From Macrostomum lignano (Eukaryota): 64,000 nt of DNA. The notes under the pieces were generated by a model. The model ran no database searches and was not told where the DNA came from. It worked only from the letters and a program-made list of their open reading frames with translations. The DNA lies in assembly GCA_002269645.1 (NCBI GenBank), contig NIVC01000248.1, positions 62,001 through 126,000 of the forward strand, written 5' to 3'. Made by a program: the position numbers and the translations under genes. Shown here one piece after another: positions 1 through 12,765 of this stretch (position 1 is the stretch's first letter; each line of letters starts with the position of its first letter).

Positions 1-391
1 GGCTGCTGCGTCCCCGCTTTCATTCATCGTAACACCAAAAAAATGTGGTACATGAAGGGGCTTGGTCTCCGAAAGGAGGACACGTCAATGCACTCTCCTG
101 CGTGGAGATCTGTCGCTGGTCGTAAGCGACCATCATGGCACGAAAGTCGCGGTTTGTCAATTCCATTGGAGCGAGTACAGTTTGGCAGGGGTGTTGACTT
201 TAAAGAGTGATTGTGAAAAAAATTGATAAGAGCACAGAGGCTGAAAATTTATTATCAAGCATCTGAAGGGTGGTAGTATATGTGCATAAAAAGGCGCGCA
301 GTTGTGACATATCTCAAAACTTTAGTGCACTCCTCCAATCATCGTCTTTCAACACTGCTCTTAGGAAATTGAAAACTTTCTGGCTGTCGGC

Positions 392-3300
392 ATGGCTCAG
401 TCGTACGCGACCGTTCTCAACCTGATTTCGGCTGGATGTGTTGGCCTGATTGCCACTGCAGTTGCAGCGCTGCTCTCCAGTCAGTGCTCCCTGTACGGTC
501 TCGGCTTTCTGGGTAAGCTGTGACTGAAGCTTGCTTGAACTTGGAAACGCGTTAAAACAAACATTTTGTTTTGTTTCAGGAATTATCTGCAGTGCCGCCA
601 CTTCGATCGCACTGACTTGTCAGTATCTGCGTCAAATGAGGCCGTGCAACACTCTGAGCTGGAATGGGTTCATCCAGATGGCTAAGACACGGCTGCTCAC
701 CGCTACTCTAGGCAGGTACTCGGTGTGGAACCTGAAGCGGGCGTACAGGTCTGGCAGCAGGATGCTAGAGATGCAGCACATCACTCTCATGAAGCACGTG
801 GCACGAAGCAGGAACACCGTTTTCGGCCGCGATCACGGGTTCGCTGAGATCCGTGGAATCGATGATTTCCGAGCTCGAGTGCCGGTTCGCGACTATGCCG
901 AGCTGGACAAGTACAACCAGCTGGCCTACCGAGGCGAGCCAAACGTGTTCTTCCCGGGTGGAGTCGAATTTCTCTTTAAAACCAGCGGCACCACTGGCAA
1001 AAATAAAACTTTTCCCGGAGCCAGACGCTTCTTGAAGGACTTCGCAACGGCTTTCCTGGCGACAAAGTTCTGTTTTGAAGAGTTCACTCGGAAGTCTGGG
1101 CGCAGGTGCAGCATGGCTCGCCAACTGATGACGTCGGTGCATTCAGCAGACAAAAGAAACGAATTCGGCGTGCCGACCGGACCGCTTTCAAAGTTCGTTG
1201 TGTCCCGAGGTTTGTTTTCCGAGCTATTTGCTGTACCAATAGGCTTTCTGCCTTATTCAGAGTTATGATACTCCAGGCTATTCCATTGTATTTCTACCGT
1301 ATACTACCACAAATGGCATCTTTGTGTCTAGCATTGCTGTTTATTGGATAAACCAAAACACTGCAGGTGACATACTCACAACTCCGGTAGAACCGTTTCA
1401 AAGAGTTCACGACGCCAAGGCTGCATTCTACATTCATGCTGTATTCGCCCTGTGGCACGACAGAATCGGAGATGTCAGCGCCTTCTACCCGACCACTCTT
1501 AGCACCTTCATTCGGTGCGTGATTGACAACTGGGACTCGGTGCTCAGCGACATCGAGAGAGGCCGTTTAAGCGCGGACAAAGTCGGGATCGAGCCCGAGC
1601 TGCTCGCAGCTCTGAACAGCCACCTCAGCCCCAAACCAGCGCGAGCTGCACAGCTTCGAGCTTTGTTCGGAGACGGACAAGACCTGAGCGGCTTCTTTGA
1701 GAAGGCATGGCCGGACATTCCGTGCGTGATGCTGGCTCGCTCCGGCTCGTTCCAGTCTTCCTACCGGTACCTGCGAAAGTACCTGGGCAATCTTCCCACA
1801 TTCGGGTCTGTGCTGAGTGGAAGCGAGGGCTTTGTTGGCATAAACATCAACGTGAAGGAAGTTGATTGCAATGTGCCAGAGCGCTACAATCCCATGCTCT
1901 CGCCCTCCTTCGTGGAGTTCGTCCCCGTTGACGCGGGAGGCTCTGACGTTGGTGAAGCAAAACTGGCTCATGAGCTCGAGGTCGGAGGCCTCTACGAGAC
2001 TGTTCTCACCTCCTTCAACTGCTTCCGAGTGCGCTCGGGAGACGTGATTCGGATCGTTGCGATGGACAGGTGCGCTCCTGTGTTCGAGCTTTCGCACAGG
2101 TGAGATATTTAGGTGAAAAAATTCTTTGCTTTGTAACAAGGCAGTTATTAACTACCCTTATAGTAATGACATTAATATAGGTTTTGCGGCCCAATTGGGC
2201 TCGCACGCATTTAATATAATCCGAGATATGCTTGCCAAATTAATGCAGCTTTTGTCTATGGTAGCAAGGCTGGTACAGCAGCACTTATTTGATCCAACAG
2301 GCATCAATTTGGTCCATAGCGGTTATGAAAGCCAATCATGAGTTACAGCTGTGTAATGCAGTTTTTTGAGCAAATTTCACGGTACCATTGCAAGATGCCG
2401 TCAGAAATGCAATCTGCTCAACTATAACAAAAACAAAAAGAGCATTTTAGCATGGTTAAAACTCCGCTTCGATCACAAGCCCTTTGCGTTAGTTCGGCAG
2501 TCTAGCATATGGTCTACGATTCTCGAGCTGATCTTGCTCCTCGGCAGCAGTTGTAAATGAAGCTTTGCTTTCGTCCTCACTGCTTGAGACAGTCATACGT
2601 ATATTAATATCTATGGGTGAAACCATAGAACCACTATGGACCAAATTGATGCTTGCTGAAACCTGCGTGAGCATTGCCTGCGTAACGTATCCGCATCATG
2701 GATGAAGGAATAGAAAGGATCGCTCATCTAAGAGCGAGTCTATGGCCAAAACCTACTAAACCTACTTTGGAATTTCCTCCTCGTACAAGCTTCAGCCAGT
2801 AAGAAATTTGGGGGGGACTATTAAATTCCATCAGCCAACGAAATTCATGGGGGGGATATCCCAATTTTAGTAGGTTTTGGCCATAGACTCGCTTTTAGAT
2901 GAGCGATCCTTTCAAAGAGTATTGAGGTCGCCTAGTATAGAGTGCCAATAAGGATGAAAATCTGAAGCCGATTTTTAGAATCCACCCACGCCCTCCGGTC
3001 ACCAAGCTGTTTAGTCTATGGCACAAGTTGTGGCTAGAATGGTGTACAAAGCCGATGCTCAGAAATATACATAGAGTGCATGAGAAAAATACAAGTAGCC
3101 AATGTAGCTGGACGAATACCATGTATGCTTAAAACGTCCTTAAGACTTTATTTCTGTATCTATACTGTAACCGTACGTACATTGATTGCATTGTGTAAGG
3201 AGAAAAGAAGTTGAGCAGGATTCTTGCAGCAGAGTCGGAAAGACAAAAACATAAGTGATAAACAGGCAGAGTGAATGTCCTTGAAAGGCAGACGAAAGAA

Positions 3301-4384
3301 GGATACAGATGCATCAGAAGCGCAGTTATTGTAATTAGCTACCGTGCACTTTAGTGGCATGGCTGTTGTTGTTCAGACGTAAGGACTATATGGCATGGGT
3401 GTTACGGAGTTGTGTATCGACGAATCGACGACGGCAACTGAGTCTGGTGACTGAGCGATGTTGTCTTGCTTATTTGATACATGCATTTTCTAAGTGTGAA
3501 ATGTCTTATATTTCTGAGCATCGGCTTTGTACACCATTCTAGCCACAACTTGTGCCATAGACTAAAAAGCTTGGTGACCGGAGGGCGTGGGTGGATTCTA
3601 AAAATCGGCTTCGGATTTTCATCCTTATTGGCACTCTATACTAGGCGACCTCAAAACTCTTTGGATCCTTTCTATTCCTTCATCCATGATCCGCATGCAT
3701 GTGCGTGCTCATGGGTGAGCAGGGCATGACTTACACACTTGCCTATTCATTTTAACTTTTATTTGTGGCAGCGCCAAAATCCCCTCTGCAAAGCTAATTA
3801 TAGCTGACTAACGCTGGTTGCCAACATTTTTTATCAAAACTGTGCAGGAAGTCTCACATGCTGTCGGTTGATGCTGAAAAGACCACCGAGAACGCCCTTC
3901 AATCCTGCGTCCTACTGGCCGCTGAGAGACTCAACTGTCACGTGATTGACTTCTCGGCGGCTGAATGCTTTCTGTACGAGCCGGTGGCCGGAACCTGCCG
4001 CGGGACCAAGTACTACGCGCTGTTCGTTGAGCTCGACGGAGACAGGCGTCTCGCTGAAGACGACAAGCAGCTGGTAACGATGACTTTGCGGGCGGGACTT
4101 TCGCGGTGAGTCGTGACCCACCACAGTGACTGGATGCAGCTCTCCCCCTCTCTCTCACACAGTTTGACCAGACCCTTCGCGAGAGCTCCGAACACTACGA
4201 CCAGATGAGAGTCGGCGGCCGCATCGACACGATGCAAGTGCTGCAGGTGAAACTGGGGGCGTTCGCTGCGCTGCGCCTGCAGATGATGAGGCGGAATGAT
4301 GGCATCAGCGAGTTTCAGTTCAAAATGCCGAGAGTTCTCAGGAGCGAAGACAGCCTGCGGTGCCTGTTGGACGGGTGCCTGTGA
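392..4384 (+). CDS. GH3-family (GH3 auxin-responsive/GHDC-like) acyl-adenylate-forming enzyme, paralog 1, ~643 aa, N-terminal hydrophobic anchor
   Basis: Exons 392-512, 580-1209, 1367-2099, 3848-4073, 4163-4384; all GT-AG with phases 1,1,2,0; total 1932 nt, open. GH3 motifs: RVPVRDYAEL, KTSGTTGKNKTFP (P-loop-like), SGSEGFVG, FRVRSGDVI, EKTTE, C-terminal QFKMPRVL. Confidence 0.9.
2697..3688. mobile_element. Non-autonomous hAT-like foldback DNA transposon in intron 3 of GH3 paralog 1
   Basis: Termini CATGGATG...CATCCATG; ~200-bp inverted arms (left arm interrupted by a ~200-bp palindromic segment); perfect 8-bp flanking direct repeat ATCCGCAT at 2689-2696 and 3689-3696. Confidence 0.8.
2713..2913. 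repeat. ~200-bp MITE-like palindrome (about 48-bp inverted repeats) inside the left arm of the hAT-like element
   Basis: GAAAGGATCGCTCATCTAAGAGCGAGTCTATGGCCAAAACCTACTAAA at 2713 matches the reverse complement of 2866-2913 with one mismatch; the segment is missing from the right arm. Confidence 0.75.
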
Positions 4385-4638
4385 GCGCTATATTTAGGAA
4401 TTGTGAATCGTTGTGTACCTACAATGTGTCGCTGAACCAATTTCGGTAGCCCAATACTTGAATTTTTGCTATTGGCTTATTCATATTTGTAAAAGCCGGT
4501 TTAAATTACCGCTTAGCGGATCAAAGAATGCACAAATCAGTGCACAGTTGGCTCGGATCCCTTTTTAAATTGATCAGTGGCGCTGCTAGCGTGTGACACT
4601 TTCCAAATATATTCACTTTTGAAAATACTGCTAAACTG

Positions 4639-6419
4639 CACGCCTCCCCTGAAGAGAGAATTCGGTCGATACAATATGCCCTGAAAACTACTGATTTCCC
4701 ATGAATCCATGACCCAGCAGAAGTCCAAAAAAGCAATCCTAGAAATCCTATCGCATTGTCTGCACAGTGTACAGGTATGCAAATTAGTACAGTGACTTTA
4801 GTTGATATCGGTATAGAATGAAACTAATCCATTCTGCCAGAGCCTCAGAAGTTGGCCTTTCATGGCTGAGTATCGCCTCAGGCCAATCGCACGGAATCGA
4901 ACCAACTATACATGCATAAATTTGTCGCAAGAGGCAGCTGCTCAGCCTCTCAATTGCTTCATCAGTTGTTTGTTATTGAAGTGCAGCCGAGCTCTGGCGG
5001 CCCGTCTCTGTTCTGTCCAGCTCTCGGCCGCAGCAATTCGCTGCATTTTGCATTCCTGCCACCTGCAGCCAGCAGCAACAGACAGGCTTGAGCACGCACT
5101 GAATGGCCTGAGAGCCATCGAATTATTATATGCGAGCATGATCACAATGGCTTTTTAAGACAAAACGCAGTCGAGTTGTAGGCAGCGGGTGGTTAGAGAG
5201 GCCAGCTTAACCTCAAGCAGTAAATATCTCTGCTCGCTCGCTATTCTCAGGCCAGCTCACCGCTCTGTCAGCCTCCCTGCAGTTTGGCAGACTCCGGGGG
5301 CAACCAGCAGTGCTGTACTCGGTCTGTTTTGAGTAGTGAGCTGGATGGAGCTGCGTTCTAGCTAGACTTATTTATTATCTCAGGCAGGAGTTGCGGGGGT
5401 TGGGTGGTTCGAGAGGCCAGTATGGGGTGATTGCAAACTCGAGTAGTTTTCTCTTTGCGGGCTTTTATGACGCCAGACTGTCGCACTGCGAGTGCTGAGC
5501 TGGGTGGGGCCGTTCCAGATGAAGCTTGGAGATTCATTTAGCGATGAGGCTGCCGAGATGACCAGCGCAAAGCTGAGCTGTCTGAGGCTGCAGTGGCAGC
5601 TGCTCCCGAAAGAGTTGCAGCCCCAGCCTTGCACAATGGAGACTCTGCATTGTGCTTTAGCACCCTGCCTGCCCCCTCACTGCACCTTCGCTTCTGTGCT
5701 CAGAGATGACGGGCGGAGGCTGAGCTGCCAGCCAGCTGCATTTTTTTTGATAGTTTAGCGCTTTCTCGAAGCATGAGAAAACAAGCGTTTATTGAGCGGA
5801 GTCTGCATGATCTGAGCTGGGATCTTATAGAGAACAAAGAAGCTGAGCTGGGATCTTATGGAGAGTAGAGAAGCTGAGCTTTCGAGTTGACAAATCTCAG
5901 CAGTGAAATGCTAAAGTGCCGGTCACCAAGTGCAAAATGCAATAAAAAAGCCAGGCAGCCGCAGTGCACAGATAAACCGTGTGAAATCCAAAATCAGCCT
6001 ACATGTGAGTCCCACACTGTCCTGGGCAGGCCGAGAGCTGGACAGAATTGAGATGGGCTGCCAGAGCTCGGCTGCACTTTAATAATAAACAACTGATGAA
6101 GCAATTGAGAGGCTGAGCAGCTGCCTCTTGCGAAAAATTTATGCATGTATAGTTGGTTCGATTCCGTGCGATTGGCCTGAGGCGATACTCAGCCATGAAA
6201 GGCCAACTTCTGAGGCTCTGGCAGAATGGATTAGTTTCATTCTATACCGATATCAACTAAAGTCGCTGTACTAATTTGCATACCTGTACACTGTGCAGAC
6301 AGTGCGATGGGATTTCTAGGATTGCTTTTTTGGACTTCTGCTGGGTCATGGATTCATGGGAGGTCAGTGGTTTTCAGGGCATATTGTGTCGACCGAATTC
6401 TCTCTTCAGGGGAGGCGTG
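4639..6419. mobile_element. Non-autonomous DNA transposon with ~400-bp TIRs, CAC...GTG termini, putative 2-bp TG TSD (CMC/CACTA-like)
   Basis: 4639-~5030 is the reverse complement of ~6028-6419 at high identity (ORFs 4862+ and 5999- are near-identical); begins CACGCCTCCCCTG, ends CAGGGGAGGCGTG; TG on both flanks; no transposase ORF inside. Confidence 0.75.
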
Positions 6420-6741
6420 TGCATCATTAAGTAGTAAATTGAGCTGATTAATAAAAGCTCCAAGGGATTCTTTGTACGCTCGTAATCCGTTCGGTCTTTT
6501 GCGCATTTTGCGTACTGAGGGAAATACTTTCTATTGTAAGGCTGCAATTGTATAATTACTGTCGCGCAAAAAGTCACGCTTCAAGCCCGTGCACCCTGCC
6601 TATTCTGCCGCCTCGTGCACACAAGATCAAACCGGCTGCTGCCAGTGTATACTCATACTCGCAATACTCAACAAAAGGCTTTCTGTATCAATAAGTCTCA
6701 CGGCTAGCAAAGATAGACCATAAAATGAGTAGGCCGCCGCA

Positions 6742-6745
<4 letters not shown>

Positions 6746-6786
<41 letters not shown>

Positions 6787-6787
6787 T
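6746..6787. repeat. (CT)n microsatellite upstream of GH3 paralog 2
   Basis: Run of ctctct... about 120 nt before the ATG at 6902. Confidence 0.9.
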
Positions 6788-6901
6788 ATATGTCGATTGT
6801 ATTTGCGAGGGTTCTACAAGGTTTTCGGCTGCCTGTTTATTTGGCTGGCTGGCGATATTCTTGCTTTGCTCGCCTTTCAATAACCAAGGTTGGCCAGTTA
6901 C

Positions 6902-9847
6902 ATGCGAACGTACGAAGAGCTGCTGAATTTGGCAACGGCAGCGGCTGCCCTGCTGCTATCCGGCCTCGCTTTTGCGATGCTGCAACTCTCCGGCGGCCCC
7001 CTCACCTTCGCCGCGTTCGGTAAGCGATTTGAACATGTTGACAAAAATCATGGGGGGGATTATAAATATACGTGTAATCCTGAATGTGGGAATGTGGCCA
7101 TCCTAGAAACCAAACAGTCGTATTACCACTTCTCACAGTGGCCATGTTGGGAGCTCTTTAACGAGCTCCCAACTTTTATGAGATACAGCTAAGCACATTT
7201 CCAGGCTGTTCATTCAAGTCTCAAAAGTGACATCTCTTTCTGTAGGGGTGTTGGCCACCCTGTCAGTCACTGCGGCCGTCGTGAGCCAATACCTACGGCT
7301 GCAGCAGCCCTGCAACACCCTCGGCTGGCGCGGCTTTTTGATGCTGTCACTTTTGAAACTGCTAGGCGTCACCTGGGCCAGGTACTCGGTGTGGGATCTG
7401 AAAAGAGCGTACAAATCCGGCAGTGCGATGCGGGCTAAGCAGCAGCAAACCCTGATGCAGTTGGTCGAGCAGAGTCGCGAGACGATTTTCGGGCGAGACC
7501 ACGGCTTCGCGGAGGTGCGCGGCATCGAAGACTTTCGGGCCCGAGTTCCTGTGCGGAACTACAACGAACTGGACAAGTACAACCAGCTGGCCTACCGTGG
7601 CGAGCCGGACGTCTACTTCAAAGGCCGACCGGACTGCCTGTTCAAGACTAGCGGCACTACGGGCAAGAACAAGACGTTCTCGGTGATTCGGCCCATCGCT
7701 GAGCGTTCGCTGATGTCCATCTTCATGCTGGTGTATTACACCAGGGAGCTGCTGGCCAGCCGCCATGGCAGGCAGTATAAGCTTAAACGGCTTTTTGTGG
7801 TCAGAAATCTACCCAAAGATAGGCAGAACGAGTTCGGTGTTCCGATCGCACCACTGACTAAATATTTTCACACTCCTGGTGAGTAGCGCTGGGTTACCAA
7901 TTTTCAGCAGCAGGTTGGGGCTAATACAGTTTTTATAGCTCGCTATTAACTAATGAGTGTAAACACTTTTAATGCTTTTTAGTCGACATTTACACGACGC
8001 CAGTTGAAGCGTTTAAGAAGATTCACGACGCCGACACGGGATTTTACGTTCACTCCGTGTTTGCCCTGTGGCACGAGCAGATAGGCGAAGTGAACGTGTT
8101 CTTCCCCACCAACCTGATCTCTCTCGTGCGCTGCGTGAGCTCCAACTGGGACTCGGTGCTGTCTGACATTGAGAACGGCAAGCTCAGTGCTGAAAAGCTG
8201 AAAGATGTGGACAAAGAGTTGCTCAGTCTTTTAAACCAGTATCTTAGTCCGAAGCCGGAGCGAGCGGCCCAACTCAGATCCCTGTTCGGCGATGGAAAGG
8301 ACTTGAGCGGTTTCTTTGAAAAGGCCTGGCCCAACGTCCCGTTTGTAATGCTCGCTCGGTCTGGCTCGTTTGAGTCGCCCTACCGTTTTCTCAAGAAGTA
8401 CCTCGGAAATGTTCCGACCTTCTGTCCTTTCATAATAAGCACAGAAGGCCTGTTCGGAATAAACCTAAACTTAGAAACGGACGACCGACCGGAAACTTAC
8501 CATCCTTTCTTGTCCGGCTCCTTCGTCGAGTTCATTCCAATCGACGCTGACGGCAATGACTTGGGGAGCCGCTGCTGGCGCACGAGCTGAAGGTTGGCCA
8601 GCTCTACGAGACTGTCTCCACCTCGTTTAACTGCTTCCGGCTTCGTGTCGGTGACGTAATCAAGGTGACTAAGATGGACGGATGCGCGCCGGTCTTCGAG
8701 ATATCGCACAGGTATTTTATAGAGCTCTGCTTTTCGTTAGAAACTTCTGGCAATTTGGTAGCATATCAGGAACTACAAGAAATTTCTTTACTGACATTGA
8801 ATTGGGCTACCTGGATACTGATGAACGTCAACGCAAGCATATATTATACACTATTATGGCCAACGTGTGTTCCTTGACAAACTGCTTTTACCTCGTAACA
8901 GAGATCGCACGCTTGTAATTGAAACTTTCAGAAAGTCCCACGTTCTGGCCGTGCATGTCGAAAAAACAACCGAGAAGAGCCTTCAGAACTGCGTAGCTCT
9001 CGCTGCCCGCAGGCTGGGATGCGAGATCGTGGACTTCTCGGCCACCGACTGCTTTCTGTACGAGTCGATCACCGGAACGTCAAAAGAAACCAAGTTTTAC
9101 ATCATTTTTGTTGAGCTGGACAGCTCCAGAGTGTTGGTAGAGGATGAGCTGTTGGTGGTGAGTCTTTTTTGGAGCCTGGATGGTTTACTTTGTTTATATT
9201 CAGTTTGTTTATTCAGGGAGTTGTAGCCGAGTGGTTAGAGCGTCGGACTAACGACTGAAAGGTGTTTTTTGTGTCCTTGAGCAAGACACTTAACTCTGCA
9301 TTGCTTCAGTTCACCCAGTTGTAAAATGGGTGCCAGCATTAGCTGGGGTAATTGAGGGTGTGTGTGACGACCCCCCCTCCCCAGTCCTTGGACTGAACAG
9401 ACGTATGCAGCCTTCAGATGTACGAGCCGTACAACGCTGCGGCTAAGTTGTCGGTTGCACATCTGCCATATGGCAGGTGTAATAAAAATATCAGAATAGA
9501 ATTGACTGACACTTCAGGTCGCCGATCAAGGAAACCATGTAAACAAGAACTTGCATATTTATGTTTGCTTCAGCTGGTACAGTAGGCAGTAGAATCGGGA
9601 GCCTAATATTCTTAACACATTTCAGTTCGACAAGGCGCTGCGCGACTCGCTGGAGGACTACAATCTGTTCAGATCGGAAGGCGACATCGACACCATGACG
9701 GTCGTGCAAGTGCAACCGGGAGCTTTCAGTACGCTCCGACGCAGAATGATGGAGCTGAATCCGGACATCAGCGAGGCGCAATTCAAAATGCCCCGAGTCC
9801 TGAGGCTGGCCGAGCACGTTGAGTGCCTGCTGGAGCAGCGGCTGTGA
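6902..9847 (+). CDS. GH3-family (GHDC-like) paralog 2; 1-nt frameshift at 8563-8566 (pseudogene or assembly error)
   Basis: Exons 6902-7019, 7246-7878, 7983-8711, 8932-9157, 9626-9847; same intron positions and phases as paralog 1; total 1928 nt (one short of a multiple of 3). TTGGGGAGCCG has 4 G where LGEP needs 5. Motifs KTSGTTGKNKTF, ISTEGLFG, FRLRVGDVI, QFKMPRVL. Confidence 0.88.
9223..9490 (+). mobile_element. tRNA-derived CORE-type SINE in intron 4 of GH3 paralog 2
   Basis: A-box-like GTAGCCGAGTGGTTAGAGCG, then TGTGTCCTTGAGCAAGACACTTAAC...CAGTTCACCCAGTTGTAAAATGGG resembling the MIR/CORE domain; A-rich 3' end; no clear B box. Confidence 0.65.
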
Positions 9848-10244
9848 CTTCCTGACCGTAGCGGAGGAGTTTAACAATTCTTATTTATTAAAACACTTCA
9901 TTATCAAATTTATAGAACTCACGTTGATAAAACAACACAAAAATGCTTTTTATAACTCTAAAATTCACACTAAATATAAACAAACTGGATGCGAAACAAC
10001 GTGCTCATTTCTTACATCATTTTGTCTGCAACTCTCTGCTTCAACAAGTTACAATAGCCTGGGATAAAATTTAAATAACCGTTTCTTCCGATATTTTACG
10101 GTACTGAATGATGCGCCGATGACTTCACAGAGCGCTGACCTTAGCGCTCCTTCTGATCAAGGCCTTGACCACCGTGCAAATTTCCACTGCAACAGTACCG
10201 CAGTGACCTACATGTATCTCTTTTAGTCCTCAACAGAATTAAAA

Positions 10245-10790
10245 TCATCTGGTACCTGGTCGCAGCAATATCCTGGACAACGAGCTCGCGGATTCCGACA
10301 GCCACCGTCTGGTGAAGCTACCCATGCCAAGGTCGCAAATCAGCCGCCACATCAACAGGTGGCTCCACCAGCAATACCAGATCCACTGGAACAGTTGCAC
10401 CGTCTACAGGCAGACTCGCTCTTCAATGTCTGACCTGAACAGAAAAGTCTCTGATTATCTGATCCCACTTAACAGAACCGACCTCAGGTAGAGTTGCATG
10501 ATCCTAACCGGTCATGGATTCTTCCAGAGACATATCTCGTTGCAAACCGGCTGCCCTCCCACCTGTCCTTTCTATGGCATTAGACTGGAGACCGCGGAGC
10601 ATCACGTCACCTTCTGCCGTTACTTCAATAAGGTGCGGCACAAACACCTCGGTCACCCCTAGTGCAGTGGATGGACGAGCTGACTATCCCGGACAACATC
10701 CGTGACCTTCGCGCCTTCGTCCGAGAGACCGGCCGGATGAGGGTCGCCGATGCCTTCTTGCGGGGGCTGGGCCCACCTCAAAGGTTAAGC
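10245..10790 (+). mobile_element. Degraded 3' fragment of an RNase H-bearing non-LTR retrotransposon
   Basis: Translates to [14 protein letters not shown]...[21 protein letters not shown] (RNase H end, cf. [15 protein letters not shown] at 39.2 kb) and [10 protein letters not shown] (CCHC knuckle), with frameshifts. Boundaries approximate. Confidence 0.65.
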
Positions 10791-11027
10791 CTTGGTTTCT
10801 TTTAACTTGGGGTTGCGATAGGGCGATAGCGATCAGACGACTTTTGCATCGAATTTCATTTCTATGTACATTGGTCACGTGATTTAATGACTTATTTGAT
10901 GACAGTGGGAATGCAGATCAGCCTTTTGGAAGAATAAAAAGAAATTTGCTTCAAATAAATGTTTATACTCGTAAGATAGAACTTACATGCGTTTCTCATG
11001 TTCCTTTTACAAAGTAATGGATAGGCT

Positions 11028-11890
11028 CCATTTCACTCGAGTGAGTGCCATTTCACTTTAGTGAGCACCATTTCACTTGAGTGAGCACCATTTCACTTAA
11101 GTGAGCGCCATTTCACTTGAGCGAGTGCCATTTCACTTGAGCGAGTGCCATTTCACTTGAGTGAGCACCATTTCATTTGAGCAAGCGCCGTTTAACTTGA
11201 GTGAGCGCCATTTCACTTAAGTGAGCGCTATTTTACTTGAGTGAGCGCCATTTTACTTGAGTGAGCGCCATTTCACTCGAGTGAGCGCCATTTCACTTGA
11301 GTGAGCACCATTTCACTTGAGCAAGCGCCGTTTAATTTGAGTGAGCCCCATTTCACTTGAGCGAGTGCCATTTCACTTGAGTGAGCACCATTTCACTTGA
11401 GCGAGTGCCATTTCACTTGAGAGAGTGCCATTTCACTTGAGTGAGCGCCATTTCACTTGAGCGAGTGCCATTTCACTTGAGCGAGTGCCATTTCACTTGA
11501 GCGAGTGCCATTTCACTTGAGTGAGCGCCATTTCACTTGAGTGAGCGCCATTTCACTTGAGCGAGTGCCATTTCACTTGAGCGAGTGCCATTTCACTTGA
11601 GCGAGTGCCATTTCACTTGAGCGAGTGCCATTTCACTTGAGCGAGTGCCATTCACTTGAGCGAGTGCCATTTCACTTGAGAGAGTGCCATTTCACTTGAG
11701 CGAGTGCCATTTCACTTGAGCGAGTGCTATTTCACTTGAGCGAGTGCCATTTCACTTGAGCGAGTGCCATTTCACTTGAGCGAGTGCCATTTCACTTGAG
11801 TGAGCGCCATTTCACTTGAGTGAGCGCCATTTCACTTGAGCGAGTGCCATTTCACTTGAGTGAGCGCCATTTCACTTGAGTTTCACTTGA
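11028..11890. repeat. Minisatellite, 20-bp unit GCCATTTCACTTGAG(C/T)GAG(T/C), ~43 copies
   Basis: Direct tandem repetition visible in the sequence. Confidence 0.95.
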
Positions 11891-12765
11891 AATGGCGCCA
11901 GCGTCAGGGGCGCCATATTCTTTTGCCAGCCGATTAGAGGGTGGGGCACGGACCCCCTTGCTCCCACCCTGGCTATACCCTTGTAAGCATCAGTAACCAG
12001 TATCAGATGAGCAACATCGAATCACACATCTGACGTAAAAAGCGACAAAAGCAGGTAATTTTGCCAGTCGAAATTCCTCAATATTTTTGTTATCCGAGAC
12101 CAGAAAAGATTGATTAGGCAGCAAGTTTTGAGCGTACATTAACAGCGAGTGTTTGTTTTTCTTAGGTGTTTTAGAAGTCCTTGAGGTGAAACAGCAGAAA
12201 AACATATTTTATCATGTTTCCAGATACTATTTAGCTATCCTAGTTTTAGTTCGGCAATTTGTTTCTATCCAAACAGTCGGCTCGGAGCAGCGGGGCAGGT
12301 GAGCTGTTTGAGCACTGTGAGACGCGCACAGACTGTCGCAATTGTCAGTTTCAATTCAGTTGAGGAGGCTGCATTTTGAGACACGGTGAGGCTGCTAGAG
12401 AGATTGGGTTGAAGAAAAGCTGAGCATGGAGACAATTTTGCCGGGGCGGGAGAGAGAGAGAGCCAACGGACTCGAAGCAGCGGGCAGAGTTAACGCAGAA
12501 GACACGCTGCTGCTTTCACGCGAAATTGCTTTGCTCGCAATTGCTTTGAATTTCTCTGCCTCCCTTTCAGTCTCTGCCTTCAGCCAATTGATTAATTGGG
12601 CCCCGAGCCTACAGGTAGAGCTTGGCTCGGCAGGCACCATTTCGGCAGAAAGACACTGAAACGAGAGTTCTTCTTTCCAGCCGATAGCAGCAGGCACTGA
12701 TAAGGCCCGGCCTCATTTGGCTTCTGTAAACTTCATTCAAATTTGCTGTATTTCCCGCCCGTGCC

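Noticed and set aside
765-2139. Minus-strand ORFs overlapping GH3, Tec, GPCR and rabaptin exons (many 60-250-aa entries in the track)
   Set aside because: Antisense shadows of GC3-rich coding exons.
9223-9260. tRNA-like 5' sequence
   Set aside because: Only an A-box and D-arm-like part; no B box, T arm or cloverleaf. It is the head of a SINE.
9360-9480. Possible hammerhead ribozyme in the SINE tail; also CTGATGA at ~6095 and ~51069
   Set aside because: The CUGAUGA...GAAA core with the required stems is not present in any of them.
11028-11890. Regular short repeats suggestive of a CRISPR array (also other arrays)
   Set aside because: Repeats are head-to-tail with no unique spacers, the context is eukaryotic, and there are no cas genes.
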